A DNA stretch of 64,000 bases from a virus. Shown here in pieces: positions 1 through 11,300 of this stretch (position 1 is the stretch's first letter; each line of letters starts with the position of its first letter). Both the position numbers and the translations under genes were made by a program. The stretch lies in IMG/VR virus record IMGVR_UViG_3300027708_000021. One strand, given 5' to 3'. The notes beneath the pieces are model-generated. The model did not search any database. It was not told the DNA's origin and saw only the letters and a program-made list of their open reading frames with translations.

Positions 1-1
1 T

Positions 2-727
2 GGAGCAGGTGGACTTGGATCTACAGGTACGGGTGCAGGTGCGCCAGGAAATAATTCAATTTTTTCTAGCTTTACCTCAATCGGTGGCGGTGGTGGTGGC
101 AGTACCCTTTGCGCTCCTGTCATGCCAGGTCAACCCGGCGGTTCAGGTGGCGGAGGCATGGGTTATCAGCCTATGGGCATAGCCATTGGTAGTCCTGGTT
201 ATGGTGTAGCTGGCACTCAAGGATATCCTGGCGGCGCAGGAATTACATTGCCAGGTATTCCTTCTTTTGCTGGCGGTAGTGGCGGCGGCGCTGGGGGTAC
301 AGGAAATTTTAGCACTTGTACTGTTGCTGGCCCTGGCGGCCTTGGTCGTCTTTGGCCATTTAATAATACCACGTATGCCGGCGGTGGTGGTGCTGGACTA
401 GGAGGTCCTGGTAGTGCTAGTGGTCCCAGCCCAGGCGGTGGCGCCAGTGGAGGTCCGTTTAATCCACCGCTTGGCAGCGTTGGATTTAATGCAGGAACCA
501 ATACTGGAGGTGGTGGTGGAGGAGGCTCTCACGGAACCAGCATTGGTAGAGGTGGTGGCAACGGAGCAGCCGGAACAGTTGCCTTAGCAATACCAACGCC
601 ATTTTATCCAGGAGTAGTTGCGCCAGGCGCTGCTGTATCAACACCAGCAAATGCTCCAGGTTATACTGTGTTGACATATACAACCCCAGGACCTACTGTA
701 ACATCACCATTTACATTTACTGCCTAA
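2..727 (+). CDS. Glycine-rich virion/tail-fibre-associated protein (5' truncated by window edge)
   Basis: Frame is open from position 2 (GAGGLGSTGTGAGAPGNNSIFSSFTSIGGGGGG...), so the ORF-track Met at 122 is probably internal; GGGGG tracts, YAGGGG and NTGGGGGG motifs typical of phage Gly-rich domains. Confidence 0.7.
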   Translation, partial: GAGGLGSTGTGAGAPGNNSIFSSFTSIGGGGGGSTLCAPVMPGQPGGSGGGGMGYQPMGIAIGSPGYGVAGTQGYPGGAGITLPGIPSFAGGSGGGAGGTGNFSTCTVAGPGGLGRLWPFNNTTYAGGGGAGLGGPGSASGPSPGGGASGGPFNPPLGSVGFNAGTNTGGGGGGGSHGTSIGRGGGNGAAGTVALAIPTPFYPGVVAPGAAVSTPANAPGYTVLTYTTPGPTVTSPFTFTA

Positions 728-730
728 TAA

Positions 731-754
731 AAAAAGCACCCTAGGGTGCTTTTT
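731..754. terminator. Bidirectional rho-independent terminator
   Basis: Perfect palindrome AAAAAGCACCCTAGGGTGCTTTTT between convergent genes ending at 727 and 756. Confidence 0.85.
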
Positions 755-755
755 G

Positions 756-1907
756 TTATATCTTAAATAATTTTAGATTATTTTCAATCTGTGCTAAGGG
801 TTCGTCCCAAGCACCTATACTAGGTTGGCGGAATATACGACAACTACTGTACCAAGGACTGTCATTGCGTTTCAGCAACCAGCGCCAGTCCTGGCCAAAC
901 TGATTCAATGGCAACCAGAATGGGCGACCCAGAGCTCCAGCTAAGTGACCTACGGCAGTATCTACAGCTATGACCACATCGAGATTCATGATCAATCCTG
1001 CTGTGTCGTTCCAGTCTTTAATCTCACCGTTATATTGTGTTACACCTTGTGCTACTAACTTATCCAGTTCTTCTTGAGTACAGTCTGTTTGTAAATTGAC
1101 CCATTCATATTGGGGATTACGCTGGATCAAGTCAAATATCTTGTCAAAAGGCACAGCTTTGTGCTGATTGATCCAACTGTCTCTGCGCCCGGACCAGCAT
1201 ACACCCACACGCAATTTCATTTTTCTGCCCAGTCGCTCCTGCCATGCCCGTGTGCTCATTGAACTAGGAGCTAGGTACTGTAATTTGTGTGGCAAATTAG
1301 CATAATTTATATTTAAAAATCCAGGCAAACTCATCATGGGGCTCCAATAATCAAAGTGTGGCAGGATATCATCTGAACCTAGTACTGTAACAGGCGATGC
1401 AAATGAATTTACCAATAATGCTTTTAGATTGTTCTCTACACATATGACCACATTAGCCCCTAGCTTGATCAATTGTTCAGCAAAGCGGCAAAATTGTATG
1501 TTATCGCCATGGCCTTGTTCGCCTGTGATTATGATAGTCTTGTCTTTTAAATCCTGACCTTCCCATCGCGGCTGACTCAACTTAGGAAGGGTACCATCTA
1601 AGTGTTCAAACTGCCAGCGTTTTTCATACTGCTTCCATCCACGATCTAGATCTCCAGCTAACAAATATGCCACAGCAAGATTAAATTGGGCCACACTATC
1701 TTTATCATTGATAGCTATGGCATTTAATAAAAATCCAATGGCTCTGTCTGGATAACCCATCTCTCTAACTACATTTCCATAGTTGTTATAAGCTGATCCC
1801 ATGTCAGGATTTTGTATAAATGCTTGGGCATAACAAGCTAGGGCTTTTTCTGGTTCGGAAATTGAGCGAAAATGATTACCATGTGCTAGTAGTTCGTCGT
1901 GTGTCAT
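756..1907 (-). CDS. TPR-containing glycosyltransferase (GT-B, GT9-like)
   Basis: N-terminal TPRs (AYNNYGNV, AQFNLAVAYL); GEQGHGDNIQFCRF, VGVCWSG, LDVVIAVDTAVGHLAGALG and DWRW motifs. Confidence 0.85.
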   Translation of the reverse strand: MTHDELLAHGNHFRSISEPEKALACYAQAFIQNPDMGSAYNNYGNVVREMGYPDRAIGFLLNAIAINDKDSVAQFNLAVAYLLAGDLDRGWKQYEKRWQFEHLDGTLPKLSQPRWEGQDLKDKTIIITGEQGHGDNIQFCRFAEQLIKLGANVVICVENNLKALLVNSFASPVTVLGSDDILPHFDYWSPMMSLPGFLNINYANLPHKLQYLAPSSMSTRAWQERLGRKMKLRVGVCWSGRRDSWINQHKAVPFDKIFDLIQRNPQYEWVNLQTDCTQEELDKLVAQGVTQYNGEIKDWNDTAGLIMNLDVVIAVDTAVGHLAGALGRPFWLPLNQFGQDWRWLLKRNDSPWYSSCRIFRQPSIGAWDEPLAQIENNLKLFKI

Positions 1908-1913
1908 GGGTAA

Positions 1914-1919
1914 TATTTA
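1914..1919 (-). promoter_or_regulatory. T4-like late promoter TAAATA, 6 nt before ATG (probably leaderless)
   Basis: Minus strand reads TAAATA-ttaccc-ATG(1907). Confidence 0.6.
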
Positions 1920-1957
1920 CTTGAAATTAAACACCCACTTTAAAAAACACCTTAATT

Positions 1958-1965
1958 TATAAATA
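1958..1965 (+). promoter_or_regulatory. T4-like late promoter TATAAATA
   Basis: Exact T4 late consensus upstream of the 2059 gene. Confidence 0.75.
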
Positions 1966-2058
1966 CTTGTCAAGGCAATAATGCTTTTTATGCTGAGATT
2001 AAACCCCACAGCGTAGCGGAATAGAACCCGCATCGGACTTCTTTAAGGAGAAAACAAA

Positions 2059-3012
2059 ATGGGTCGTCCACTTAAAATTAAAAAATCAACCACCATTGAT
2101 ATTGGTTTCAATGACTTTGGTAACTTAGATCCTGGTACAGCAGTTATTCCAGTTGGAATGACAAGCACAGAATTCTTGGGTGTAGTTGGTGGTGCCAATA
2201 CCAATATTGCCACTAGCGCATATCCTGTAGTTAAAATTACAGCTAACGTTAATGGTCAACAAGGTGCTGCTTATATTATCACACAAAAAGGCCAAATAAA
2301 ATATTTGGTAGCTGGCGAAGATTCAGTAAATGCTGGCAGTTTCACAGTGGGATATTCATATCAAATTACTAGCCTAGGTGACACTAACTGGACAGCGATT
2401 GGTGCTGGTGTTAACCCACAAATCGGCGGCATTTTTACAGCCACTGGCGTAGGTTCAGGTACAGGTACAGCCACTGATTGCGGTCAATGCTCTTTGGTTA
2501 CTAGCGGAACGCTTGCTAGTGGTCAAATGAACATGGTATTTGATGTCGATGGCGGTGTACAATACGCTAGCCGTTTGACTAACAAATTTATCTGGGATGC
2601 CAACACAACTCCAAATCGTTATGCTGTTAACTTCTTCGTATCTGGAGAAACAACACCAGTAACACTTGGTACTGTAGCTGTTGCTAATACCAGCGGTTGG
2701 TTTACTGCTAACGCTACTACTATTACATCAGGTCAGTTGGTTTCAGTATCTGGAACATTAACTGGTAATGCTACAATTACTGGCTATACAAACCCAACTA
2801 CTTACTATGTAATCGACACTAACGGCACAACAACTTTACAGTTATCCACTACTTATAATGGAGCTAATATTGTTACTGTTGCTGGTAATACTCGTGGCCT
2901 TACATTTAGCCTAGCTAGTTCAACTACAGTTAAATCAGGCGCAGATATTGCTACATTTACCAATGGAACTGGTAATTTAACCTTAGCACAAGTTCAAAGT
3001 TACACATCGTAA
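2059..3012 (+). CDS. Probable virion structural protein (MGRPLKIKK N-terminus)
   Basis: Late promoter, strong AAGGAG SD, own terminator; T/G/N-rich beta-type composition. Confidence 0.55.
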   Translation: MGRPLKIKKSTTIDIGFNDFGNLDPGTAVIPVGMTSTEFLGVVGGANTNIATSAYPVVKITANVNGQQGAAYIITQKGQIKYLVAGEDSVNAGSFTVGYSYQITSLGDTNWTAIGAGVNPQIGGIFTATGVGSGTGTATDCGQCSLVTSGTLASGQMNMVFDVDGGVQYASRLTNKFIWDANTTPNRYAVNFFVSGETTPVTLGTVAVANTSGWFTANATTITSGQLVSVSGTLTGNATITGYTNPTTYYVIDTNGTTTLQLSTTYNGANIVTVAGNTRGLTFSLASSTTVKSGADIATFTNGTGNLTLAQVQSYTS

Positions 3013-3061
3013 TTTATAACTAGCTAAATCCCAAGTAGATATAGCACGTCGAAGTACTTTG

Positions 3062-3089
3062 ATCCCCCACTAACCTGGGGGATTTTTTA
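3062..3089 (+). terminator. Rho-independent terminator
   Basis: ATCCCCCA-ctaacc-TGGGGGAT followed by a T tract. Confidence 0.8.
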
Positions 3090-3114
3090 TGGTTCTAGCA
3101 TTTGTATTTTCACA

Positions 3115-3120
3115 TAAATA
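3115..3120 (+). promoter_or_regulatory. Late promoter TAAATA
   Basis: Motif followed by AAGGA SD and ATG 3140; same motif at 4486, 8336, 12689, 21968, 53118, 55524, 59233, 62441. Confidence 0.7.
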
Positions 3121-3139
3121 ATCAAAAGGATTCTTTCTG

Positions 3140-3757
3140 ATGTCTTCGTACAAAAATGTAAACAGTGATTATACACTAACTTGTGATAACGGCAACGGCC
3201 ATTTTACAGTTAATGCTATAACGGCATTCCAAGGAAATGTAGCTTTTAACGGTAATGTTACTTACATTGTGCCTGCTACGAACGAATCAGCGTTTTATAC
3301 AGCAGCAGCAAATAATACTGGCGCTATTACTGCCATGGGTTTGTTGGGGCAAACAGGACCAAATACTTTTGCTGGTTTAAAATTTGATAGTACAGTTAAT
3401 GCTTGGCAAACAAGTACTAGTGTAACTTCTACTGGAGTACCGATATCTCCTTATGCCAATATTGGAGGAAGCGGATCTACAGCGGCAGGATCTAATACAC
3501 AGATACAGTTTAATCAGGCAGGCGCATTTGGAGCCAGTGCCAACTTAGTCTACGATTATGCCAATAGTAGACTAACACTACAAGGTACTGAAATATTTGG
3601 CAACATTGGCGCTACACCGAGCTATTCAGGAAATGGTGTGGCAGTTTATAACAACACCGTAGGTGGAGGTGGCACAGGTCTTTATGTCAAAAATGCCACT
3701 GTTAACGACGAATTAGTAAGCAAAAGCAAAGCGATTGTTTACGCAATTATATTTTAA
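3140..3757 (+). CDS. Virion structural protein (fibre-associated)
   Basis: GSNTQIQFNQAGAFGASANL motif common in large-phage fibre proteins; late promoter. Confidence 0.55.
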   Translation: MSSYKNVNSDYTLTCDNGNGHFTVNAITAFQGNVAFNGNVTYIVPATNESAFYTAAANNTGAITAMGLLGQTGPNTFAGLKFDSTVNAWQTSTSVTSTGVPISPYANIGGSGSTAAGSNTQIQFNQAGAFGASANLVYDYANSRLTLQGTEIFGNIGATPSYSGNGVAVYNNTVGGGGTGLYVKNATVNDELVSKSKAIVYAIIF

Positions 3758-3766
3758 GGAATAAAA

Positions 3767-4078
3767 ATGACTATAGCATTAGCCCAATTAACAGATTCAG
3801 CAGATGCCATTTATACTAGTTCAGGTAATACGGCTATTACCTCATTAACTATGTGTAATTGGGGACCATCTCCAGTTACCGCCAATTTATATGTAGTACC
3901 CAATGGACAATTACCTGGCACTACTAACATTGCGTTATCGAGTGTACTAATTACTTCATCAGAAACTGCTCAACTGTATATGTTTGCAGAAAAATTATTA
4001 TTAGGACCCGGCGATACTATTTGTGCTAACACATCTGCTAATACTGTAACAGCGATAACTTCATATACTTCACTTTAA
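3767..4078 (+). CDS. Small virion structural protein
   Basis: AAGGA SD; beta-rich 103 aa; coupled by TAATG to next gene. Confidence 0.5.
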   Translation: MTIALAQLTDSADAIYTSSGNTAITSLTMCNWGPSPVTANLYVVPNGQLPGTTNIALSSVLITSSETAQLYMFAEKLLLGPGDTICANTSANTVTAITSYTSL

Positions 4079-4488
4079 TGCCAAACTTTTATAAAAATCG
4101 TCTCTTGTTATCTGGAAGTACTGCTACTGTGTTGCCGGTTGGTGACGATGGTGACAGACCAGATTATCCGTTAACAGGCGCAATCAGATATAATACAGAT
4201 CTGTCTGGTATAGAATTTTATAACGGCAGTACTTGGATAAATGCAAGTGCTGGCGCAACTACATATACAATAGATAGTTTTGTTGGTGATGGAACTCAAA
4301 CACAATTTACATTGACATCGACTCCTAGTAATGCTTCGCAAATTATTGTGTTTGTTGGATCAGTTTATCAAGCACCATTTGTTCAAGGTGGCGGAATATC
4401 AGCGTATACTGTAGCTGGCGCTCAAATTGAATTTACTAGTGCGCCACCAAACAATGCCACAGTAAACGTCATACTTACAGCTAACTAA
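4078..4488 (+). CDS. Small tail/baseplate-associated adaptor protein
   Basis: LPVG..DRP...GAIRYNT..EFYNG.W module plus FVGDGTQTQFTL...VYQAP...FTSAP module, both shared with 6917 and 8366. Confidence 0.55.
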   Translation: MPNFYKNRLLLSGSTATVLPVGDDGDRPDYPLTGAIRYNTDLSGIEFYNGSTWINASAGATTYTIDSFVGDGTQTQFTLTSTPSNASQIIVFVGSVYQAPFVQGGGISAYTVAGAQIEFTSAPPNNATVNVILTAN

Positions 4489-4511
4489 ATATTAAATTAT
4501 CAGGATACTAA

Positions 4512-6917
4512 ATGTCAATTAATCAAATACCAGGACAACTATTACAAGGCAATCTTGAAAGAGATGGTAATAGCCTGGCCTTTGTCAATACAGCTAACAG
4601 CACACCTACATTATTTTTAGATATTGCTAATAGCAATGTTGGTATTAATACTGCCACACCGCAAACAGCGTTAGACATTGTAGGTACTTTAAGTGTTGAC
4701 ACTATCAATGCTCATACTTCTAGTGGCAATATTGCAATTAATACCAACGCTAATGTAAGTGGCAATATTTCTGCCACTGGAAATATCACTGGCGACTTCT
4801 TTTTTGGTAACGGCAGTCAATTAACAGGCATTGCGGCTTCGAGTGTTAATGCTAATAATTTAATTGGCAATACATTAAGTTCAAATGTAACAACTAGTAG
4901 TTTAACTGCGGTTGGAACATTGGCCTCATTAAGTGTAACAGGCAACACAACTAGTGGTAATTTATTAACTGCTGGATTAATTTCAGCTACTGGCAATGCT
5001 CAAGCTGCAAATATTACAACAGCTGGGTTGATCAGCGCCGCAGGAAATGTTGCGACTGGCGGTTTCTTCATAGGCGATGGCAGTTTGATTAGCAATATCA
5101 ATGCCAATGTAAATACTCAAACTCTTTATGTAGATAATATCATTTCATATACTAGTGGCGCTAACATCAATGTCATGCCATCGGGCAATGGAGTGTTTAC
5201 TATCGCGAATACCTACGGTGGCGCAACTGGAATACAACTAGGATCAAACACACAAGGCACATTTGTCAGTAATGCCACAGTATTAACTTCTAATACCAGT
5301 GTTACTAATGGGTTGGCATTATTAAATCAAGTATTAGGAAAATTAGTTCCTACCGCGCCGCCAAATTTTCCAGCTAATACAACATTAACTATTACTACAT
5401 CTAGTACTTCTGCTAGAATGTGTTCAGGTTTTACACAGCCAAATAATACAACAACAGGTAATAAAGCGGTGGCAGCGGGTACATTAGTCAGTGCTATTCG
5501 TTCGTCAACTTATACAACTAATACTATCAGTAATGCTGGTCCTGGTGATTCAGGAACATTACGGGTTTATCTAAATAGTGTGAATGCTGGCAATGTTACT
5601 TTTAACACAGCCGCTACTCCAACCGGTAACGGCGTATACAGTAATTTAGTAGTGACTAATAATTATGATTATCATAACGCTAATGCTAACGTTTTAGCAG
5701 GATTTTGGTATGTGTTTACATCGCAAGCTACCGGAACTGTGCCTTCGGGTTGGAATGAAGTTTATATGTCTGACACACAGACAGGAAATACAAACACACT
5801 GGGTTGGTATTATGATGCTAGTACAGCATCTGCTCCGGTATTTTCATCAAAAACATTTACAGCCTGTGCTAGTCCAAGTTTAACATATTCAAGCACTATT
5901 CCCCACTATAATTCAGGAACAAATTTTCTCATTGGATTTAGTGTAAACAATCTTAGTGGTAACATGTACCCAAACAATGGAAATTTACTAACAAACACAA
6001 CAACTGCTGGCGGTGCATTCCAAGCACCAGCCACTGTAAGTTATTCATCAGCGGGCATTACTGTTCCACTAGCACAAAATTTGTATGTAGGATCTGGCAA
6101 CGCTAATGCGGCAACTACTGCTGCTATTGTTACTGGATTCGGTAGTAGTGCCTCTGGTCCGCAAATCACAGTGACCAATAGTTACAATTCAACTGCCAGC
6201 ACATTTACACCATCTGGTACAGTATTGTATAAAACTGGAACATCAACAGCCATCGACGAATCCAATATTGTTATCGGATCAACTATTGGTTCAGGTTCCG
6301 GCAACGCTTATCGTATTGTAAATCCTGGCACAGGCAACACTCCAGTTTTCACAGGATCCGAAGCGCAGTTTAACAGTATAACAGGACCTTTTTATTCATA
6401 TGACGCTACAGTAGTTGGGTCAGGCTCACAAGGTGTTCTTAAATTTGATCAAACCAATTATGCCAGCGGATCATATTTACCCGCTGGACCAAATCTAACA
6501 GCACAAGGTTCGTCACAATGGTTTACATTTAAATTTGTACGCACGGCCACAAGTAAATTTGATATTCAGATAGCAGGAACTGTAGGCGGTATATGGGTAG
6601 CGTTACCTGGCAGCGTATTCGATACAAACGTCGGCGGCATTGGTCCAACATCAGATTTAAATGGTTGGTTGAATATGAGTTTACCTTATGGCGGTTCTGG
6701 AAGGCCAGGAGCCAGCACCGCTAACGGCGGAAATGGATCAAATGGCTGTGCGTTAAGTGGAGTGATACCAATAAACACCGCTATTAACGGAAGATATACT
6801 TGTACGTTTGGAACCGTTTCTAGTTCTTCCACTAGCGCAAATGAAATTTATGTACGCATTAGACTGACTAGTGGTCAAAGCGTTACAACGTTAGCATTAC
6901 AATCAGCGAGCAATTAA
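4512..6917 (+). CDS. Virion structural / tail-fibre-like protein
   Basis: GNxT repeats and GNGSQLTG motif in N-terminal part, globular S/T/G-rich C-terminus; TAAATA at 4486. Confidence 0.6.
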   Translation: MSINQIPGQLLQGNLERDGNSLAFVNTANSTPTLFLDIANSNVGINTATPQTALDIVGTLSVDTINAHTSSGNIAINTNANVSGNISATGNITGDFFFGNGSQLTGIAASSVNANNLIGNTLSSNVTTSSLTAVGTLASLSVTGNTTSGNLLTAGLISATGNAQAANITTAGLISAAGNVATGGFFIGDGSLISNINANVNTQTLYVDNIISYTSGANINVMPSGNGVFTIANTYGGATGIQLGSNTQGTFVSNATVLTSNTSVTNGLALLNQVLGKLVPTAPPNFPANTTLTITTSSTSARMCSGFTQPNNTTTGNKAVAAGTLVSAIRSSTYTTNTISNAGPGDSGTLRVYLNSVNAGNVTFNTAATPTGNGVYSNLVVTNNYDYHNANANVLAGFWYVFTSQATGTVPSGWNEVYMSDTQTGNTNTLGWYYDASTASAPVFSSKTFTACASPSLTYSSTIPHYNSGTNFLIGFSVNNLSGNMYPNNGNLLTNTTTAGGAFQAPATVSYSSAGITVPLAQNLYVGSGNANAATTAAIVTGFGSSASGPQITVTNSYNSTASTFTPSGTVLYKTGTSTAIDESNIVIGSTIGSGSGNAYRIVNPGTGNTPVFTGSEAQFNSITGPFYSYDATVVGSGSQGVLKFDQTNYASGSYLPAGPNLTAQGSSQWFTFKFVRTATSKFDIQIAGTVGGIWVALPGSVFDTNVGGIGPTSDLNGWLNMSLPYGGSGRPGASTANGGNGSNGCALSGVIPINTAINGRYTCTFGTVSSSSTSANEIYVRIRLTSGQSVTTLALQSASN

Positions 6918-8266
6918 TGACAATATCACAAGCACAATATGTTGATTTATTAGTTAAGAAACTTTCCGGCGTTGCTACAACCGATAACGCTGAAAATAAA
7001 AGCCCTTCTAACGAATCTATACCATCACCAGCACTTAATCGAGGCGACACCGTATGGACTCAAGCTGATCAAATTCCAAGCCTAGCTGCTAATGTAGCAA
7101 ATTTATCATTTCAGTATGCTAATTCAAATCCTATACAATGTACTGCTGATACAACATCGGTACCAATTAGAAACAGCCAAAGCCAATTAATTTATCCGAC
7201 TTGGTTAACTAGTGTACCAGAATGGATCCCACCAGAATTTGGCAGTGGGTATAGTGTTAAGGCTTATGTTGGTCCGGCAAATATTGGTAATTTAACTGGC
7301 GCAAATGTAACTCTTATTTCAGCTACTGGCCAAGGCGGATCATACCCCGGAGAATTCTTTTTTGATTACCAAGCTGGATTGTTATATTTTATCGGTGAAA
7401 CGATTCCTAATGTTTTAACCACAGGCAACGTAGTTTATATTACTGGCTACAGTTATGCAGGTTTAACCGGTGTTACTAATTTGCCCGGCAATACCAATAT
7501 TGGCAATATTAATATCACAGCTACCTCATTATCGTCGGTAGATATCAACGGAAATTTAATCGCATTCAGTGGCAATAGCGGCATTGTGCTGCCATCAGGA
7601 AATACTGCCCAGCAACCAAGCAATGCTGTGACGGGTACTACTCGATTTAACACAACCCTAAGTTCTATTGAAACATGGAGCGGCACAGCTTGGGTAACTG
7701 GCAGCGGTGGTGGCGGTAATGTTACTCCAGGCACAATCACTGACCAACAAATTACTCCCGACGGAATCTCAAATACTTACACTTTAAATCAATCTACATC
7801 AAGTGCTGGTGTTTTAGTGTCTATCAACGGTGTAGCCCAAATGCCAACTACGGCATATAGTGTAACTGGTAATTCTATAACATTTACACAAACACCGTTA
7901 ACACAAGATTTAATTGATATCCGATTTATTTCATATTCTAATACTGTGTCATCCTTAACAAATAGTTCTGGCAATGCGACAGTAACAGTCAGTGACGCGG
8001 GAAATGTTTCATTTACAGCCAACGGTAATCTAGTAACTACCATGTCAGCCAATCTAGTTTCCGTGACAGGCAATATTTACACTTCCGGTATAATACAGGG
8101 CAATGTATATACTGTAGCAACTTTGCCCTTGGCCAATGTCGCAGGCTCTGGATCTCGAACCTTTGTTAATAATTCAAATACTACAGTATTTTATAATATA
8201 GCAAACGCCGGCGGCAGCAATACAGTACCTGTATTTTCAGACGGAAATAACTGGCGTATAGGATAA
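6917..8266 (+). CDS. Virion structural / fibre adaptor protein
   Basis: LPSGNTAQQP...RFNT..ETWSGTAW and PDGISNTYTL..VSINGVAQMP modules; TAATG-coupled. Confidence 0.55.
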   Translation: MTISQAQYVDLLVKKLSGVATTDNAENKSPSNESIPSPALNRGDTVWTQADQIPSLAANVANLSFQYANSNPIQCTADTTSVPIRNSQSQLIYPTWLTSVPEWIPPEFGSGYSVKAYVGPANIGNLTGANVTLISATGQGGSYPGEFFFDYQAGLLYFIGETIPNVLTTGNVVYITGYSYAGLTGVTNLPGNTNIGNINITATSLSSVDINGNLIAFSGNSGIVLPSGNTAQQPSNAVTGTTRFNTTLSSIETWSGTAWVTGSGGGGNVTPGTITDQQITPDGISNTYTLNQSTSSAGVLVSINGVAQMPTTAYSVTGNSITFTQTPLTQDLIDIRFISYSNTVSSLTNSSGNATVTVSDAGNVSFTANGNLVTTMSANLVSVTGNIYTSGIIQGNVYTVATLPLANVAGSGSRTFVNNSNTTVFYNIANAGGSNTVPVFSDGNNWRIG

Positions 8267-8365
8267 TGTATACAGTTAATTCAAAAATAAAACAAGGCTT
8301 TTAATACCGTAAAACCAAATTTTTCCCAAAGCGAATAAATAACTTTATAACAGGAGACTATTACC

Positions 8366-11300
8366 GTGCCCGGGAATCTAACAAGAATTAATAATAATCA
8401 AATCACTGATGCTGTCAGTGGTAATACGCAATTTGGTATTAACGCTAATACCAAAGTCCAACCCTATTCCATTACATCAACACTACTGGCTAATAACTTT
8501 ACCTACGGTAATAATTTTACAATTACAGGTAACTTAACTGTTCAGGGAAATTCCACAGCGATCGATACAACAAATACAACGATCGAGGATCCACTATTAC
8601 TGTTAGCCAGTACACAAGCAGGAAGCCCAACGGTAGATATTGGCTTTATTGGTCAACGCGGCTCATCGAATAATATAGCATTTGTTTGGGATGAAAGTTC
8701 ATCAACATTCGTCACAGTTTTCACAGATTCTGGCGCTACCGACAACACAGTTGTTAATATTTTAAGTTATGCTGACTTTGCTACAGCTAACGCAAATGTT
8801 ACTGGCAATTTAATTGCTGGCAATGTATCTCTCCTTGGCAATGTAACCAGCGCATTAAATGTAACTGGTAATATCGCAGCCGGAAATATTGCGGCTGTTG
8901 GATTAATCAGTGCTACAGGTAATATCGCAACTGGTAATTTTATCATTGGTAACGGTTATTATATCACTGGTATTAATCCCGGCAACGTAGCAGTTACTAA
9001 AATTGTAAATGGCGGAAGTTATGGTAATATTGCTAGTTCAGACGGCAATTTAGTTATTGCTATTGGTGCTACGTCAAATGTTGCGGCTACATTCTACGAC
9101 ACTGGTGTAAATTTTGGTGGTAATATTAGTGTCAACGGTAATGTTACTGGCGCTAACTTTGTTGGTAATTTAAGTGGCGGCCTAGGTAGCAATTTAACTG
9201 TTAACAACTATGTTATTAAAGGCGGCAACTACGACGGCATTACACTAGCAATGCCAGTAGGCTTTGGCGCAAACTTATCATCAGCATACGAAGGTGGTGT
9301 AACACTAGCTGCTGGAGCTGGTGGCACTACAGCGGGTACTTTACTCCTTGATTCAACTGGTAACATAAGTATTAGCGGCAATGTTTATGCTGCAGGCAAT
9401 TTAAGTGTAGTTGGTACTGCTATAACAGGAAATATTATTCCTAGTACTAGCAATACATATTCATTAGGTAATGCTACTAATGTATTTTCGTCACTTTATC
9501 TCAGCCCAGATACATTATATCTTGGCACAACAAAAGTAGGCGCTAATACTACTTCCAATACATTGACAGTTAACAATGCTATTGCTGTTACATATAGTAA
9601 TGGCAATGCCGATATCACTGCTACTGGTAATGTTATCAGTGGCAATGTAAACACAGGCAATCTCAGTCTAACCGGCAATGTTATTAGTGCTTTAAATGTA
9701 ACATTAAATGCCACGGCTGGTAATGTTATTGCCGTAGGTAATGTAAGTGCTGGCGGTAATGTAGTTGCTTTTGACGCAGTCAATGCAGCTAATTTAAGTT
9801 TAACCGGCAATGTTATTTCAACATTAAATGTAACTGGTAATACCAATTCTAACAATGTTAATACAGTAAATGATGTAAGGGCTACAGGTAATGTTCACGG
9901 TGCTAATTTTATAACTGGTGGATTGATTACTGCTACTGGTAATGTAACTGCAGGTAATATTATAACAGGTGGTTTGATTAGTGCAACAGGTAATGTCAAC
10001 TCTGCCAATGTAATTGCTAGTGCTAATATTAGTGCTACTGGCAATATAAGCACTCAAGATACTTTTGTTGGCAATGCTTTATATGGTAATAATTTAACAA
10101 TTACTTCGACATACGATGGATTGAAATTTAGTGTAACTGGCAACATTAATTCTGGCAATACATATATCACTAATTTAATTAATCCAGAAAATCCACAAGA
10201 TGCTGCTACTAAATCATACGTTGATGCTATTGCCAACGGTTTACAAGTTAAAGCATCTAGTAACACAGCCACAACTGGTTCAATTTTAGCTACTACTACT
10301 CAGTCATACACATATAGCAATGGTACAGCTGGCGTAGGCGCAACTATCACATTTGGCGCAGTAGGCAATGTTACAATTGACACAGTATTACTTACAAGTG
10401 GTATGCGTGTTCTTATTAAGGACGAGCCATTGGTTGCTCCAACAGACGGAACAACTCCTAGTGCGGCCTACAATGGTATCTATACTGTAACAACAGCTGG
10501 TAGTCCAAGTGCTGCATTGGTACTGACTCGTGCCACAGACGACGACACCCCAAGTGAAATGTATAGTGCTTACACATTTATTACTTCGCCTATCATTGCT
10601 GATAATTCTAATTCTGGCTGGGCAAGCACAAATACTCCAACGAATCCTGGTCCAATCACAGTTGGAACCACGTTTTATATTTGGAGCCAGTTCTCATCAG
10701 TCGCTGAATACACCGGCGCTAATGGTATCAATATTACTGGTACATTAATCACTACAGTATATGACGGCAACACTATCGGTATAAATGGTTCTGGCCAATT
10801 ACACGTTCCAGCATACGCACTATTTACAACACCAAATATTGGTAGTGCTACTGGTGCTAATTTAAGCATACTAGGAAGTGTAATAGGTAATATATTCCAA
10901 GCTAACACAGTAAGTGTTATTGGTAACGCACAGATTGGTAATATTTCAACTGGAAATATCAGCCTTTCTGGTAATGTATTAACTGACCTAAACGTAACAA
11001 CTAGTGTATATGCCGGTAATTTGGTAACTAACGGGAATGTAACTGCTGTTGGCAATGTATATGGCGGTAATATTAGTTCAGCTAATATCTATGGTACAAA
11101 TATTGGCACAGAACAAATCGTATTTGGTAATGCTACCATTAATGGTTTATTAACCAGTGTTTCAACATTAACCACAGACGGTAACAATGTTACTGCTGGT
11201 GGAAATATCAATGCCAGCGGTAATGTAATAGCTGGTAATTTCCAGACTATTGGCTCTGGCGGCAATATTTCTGGTGCTAATTATATCAAAGGTAATATAT

